Positions 62,842 to 64,000 of a stretch of DNA of 64,000 bases are shown one piece after another. The DNA lies in NCBI RefSeq assembly GCF_046154365.1, contig NZ_JBJXFV010000065.1, forward strand, positions 2,006 through 66,005, read 5' to 3'. The notes beneath the pieces are model-generated. The model saw nothing but the letters and a program-made list of their open reading frames with translations. It was not told the DNA's origin and ran no database searches. This DNA comes from Prosthecobacter sp. (GTDB lineage: Bacteria > Verrucomicrobiota > Verrucomicrobiia > Verrucomicrobiales > Verrucomicrobiaceae). The stretch's first letter is position 1. Every line of letters starts with the position of its first letter. The position numbers and the translations under genes were made by a program.

Positions 62842-63480
62842 ATGCACCCAGGCAGCCGCTCGCTCATCCTCCTGATCCTCGTCATTTTTGCGGGCATCGT
62901 CGTGCCGTTTGTGATCTGGGGAGCGCAGTTTGATGCGGCGCTCAGTCTCGAAGGGGCGCGGCAGTGGATGGCAGGCTATGGCGCGTGGGCCTGGGCGGCG
63001 GGGATCGTGCTGTTGATCGCGGACATCGTGCTGCCGGTGCCTTCGACGGTGGTAATGTCAGCGCTGGGCTGGATGTATGGCTGGTGGCTCGGCGGTTTGA
63101 TCTGCGCTGCGGGATCGATGCTGTCGGGCATCATCGCGTATGCAGGCTGCCGCTGGCTGGGACGTGGTGCGGCGCTCTGGATTGCGGGTGAGGCAGGTTT
63201 GCGCAGAGGCGAAGAAATTTTCGAAAAGCGCGGTGGCTGGCTGGTGGCGTTGTCACGCTGGATGCCGGTGCTGCCGGAGGCGGTGGCGTGTCTTGCGGGC
63301 CTGTCGCGCATGCGGTGGCGCGTGTTTTTGCCTGCGCTGGTGTGTGGATCGGTGCCCACGGGTTTCGCCTTCGCGGCGATTGGTCATGTGGGTCAAAGCG
63401 AACCGGGCTGGGCGATGGCTTTGAGCTGTATCATGCCGGTGCTGCTCTGGCTGGGCGCGGCGCGGGTGCTGCGGCGTTAA
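62842..63480 (+). CDS. DedA / VTT-domain (TVP38/TMEM64-like) membrane protein
   Basis: Lies inside ORF 62812..63480(+), which begins at GTG. I prefer ATG 62842 (MHPGSRSLILLILVIFAGIV). It has multiple TM helices and the segments PVPSTVVMSALG and LSRWMPVLPEAVACLAGLS. Confidence 0.75.
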   Translation: MHPGSRSLILLILVIFAGIVVPFVIWGAQFDAALSLEGARQWMAGYGAWAWAAGIVLLIADIVLPVPSTVVMSALGWMYGWWLGGLICAAGSMLSGIIAYAGCRWLGRGAALWIAGEAGLRRGEEIFEKRGGWLVALSRWMPVLPEAVACLAGLSRMRWRVFLPALVCGSVPTGFAFAAIGHVGQSEPGWAMALSCIMPVLLWLGAARVLRR

Positions 63481-63998
63481 GGCATCGCGGTCAAACCGGC
63501 CGCCACGGCAGCGAGGCGTGCGAGTTTTTTCATTTCACGACCTGCGAGCCACAGCGCGAGCGGGGTCAGCACAACGACCGCGATGGCCCCAAACGCACCG
63601 ATCACGAGCAGATGCCTCGTCGTCATCAACAATCCGGCGATCACGAACCACAGCAGAAAATTCCAGCCAATACCGCGCCGCACGCGCAGAATGCATCTGA
63701 CCTGCGTCAGACAACGTCCCTCGCCGTGAAACTCAGTGACGCTGAGCCAGGCGCGTGAAACTTCCGCCCATGGCCAGGCTTCGAGGTCAAACCAGCGCCA
63801 GCCGTCGTCCTCGCGATAGATGATGTGTGCTGACTTGAGTGCTTTGCGCAGTTCATAGAGCCAAGCGTCGCGAGTGACGCCGGTTTCACTCCAGAAGCGC
63901 AGCGTGCCGAGATTGAGCGCAATTTTGTGTGGCCGCACTGGCGGCATGATCTCCGGCAGCATGGGATGCCGGCTTGGGCGTGCGCCGAGCCGCAGCAT
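63477..63998 (-). CDS. hypothetical protein with a C-terminal TM pair; the N-terminus may lie beyond the window end
   Basis: ORF of 173 aa that begins 2 nt from the window edge, so the true start is unknown. It has hydrophobic WNFLLWFVIAGLLM and VIGAFGAIAVVVLTPLALWL. Its stop overlaps the DedA stop (TTAA at 63477-63480). Confidence 0.4.
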   Translation of the reverse strand: MLRLGARPSRHPMLPEIMPPVRPHKIALNLGTLRFWSETGVTRDAWLYELRKALKSAHIIYREDDGWRWFDLEAWPWAEVSRAWLSVTEFHGEGRCLTQVRCILRVRRGIGWNFLLWFVIAGLLMTTRHLLVIGAFGAIAVVVLTPLALWLAGREMKKLARLAAVAAGLTAMP

Positions 63999-64000
63999 GC

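Noticed and set aside
1-64000. Search by eye for CRISPR arrays, rRNA genes, IS elements, integrases, prophage genes and retron/DGR reverse transcriptases
   Set aside because: I found no regularly spaced repeats and no rRNA-like sequence. No ORF has transposase, recombinase or RT motifs. The only mobile-element-like traces are the gene-end duplications described in the findings.

Overview
This is a GC-rich chromosomal segment whose gene content is typical of a PVC-superphylum bacterium (Verrucomicrobiota/Planctomycetota-like). By my coordinates, about a third of the window is taken up by two protein classes. The first is six giant secreted proteins with CxxCH haem-type motifs: four PSCyt-DUF1549-DUF1553 proteins, one DUF1592/DUF1588-type protein and one hybrid. 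The second is five Tat-signal, sulfatase-fold partner proteins: three canonical DUF1501, one divergent DUF1501 and one DUF1552. Around them lie two formylglycine-type sulfatases, two beta-lactamase-fold hydrolases (one fused to a NamZ-like DUF1343 domain), an SHD1 protein, eukaryotic-like kinases, a GntR/FadR regulator, an ArsR-methyltransferase fusion and an MFS transporter. Recognisable housekeeping genes are lpxK, fdhD, proC, a cysteine desulfurase and tRNA-Cys(GCA). Four type II toxin-antitoxin cassettes are wedged into operon junctions. I saw no rRNA, CRISPR array, transposase or integrase. Five observations deserve follow-up. (1) A tandem pair of receptor-like atypical Ser/Thr kinases has F-type-lectin/discoidin ectodomains and sits directly upstream of a PSCyt-DUF1553 gene. 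(2) A VapBC cassette is bracketed by 78-bp direct repeats that duplicate the 3' end of fdhD. (3) Canonical DUF1553-DUF1501 pairs are split by a TA cassette, by a tRNA gene and possibly by a whole DUF1552/DUF1592 module. (4) A hybrid haem protein is paired with a divergent DUF1501. (5) An SHD1 protein carries a catalytically dead trypsin-like domain, a hexanucleotide microsatellite and a 4-Cys tail. All family calls rest on motif recognition by eye, because no searches could be run.
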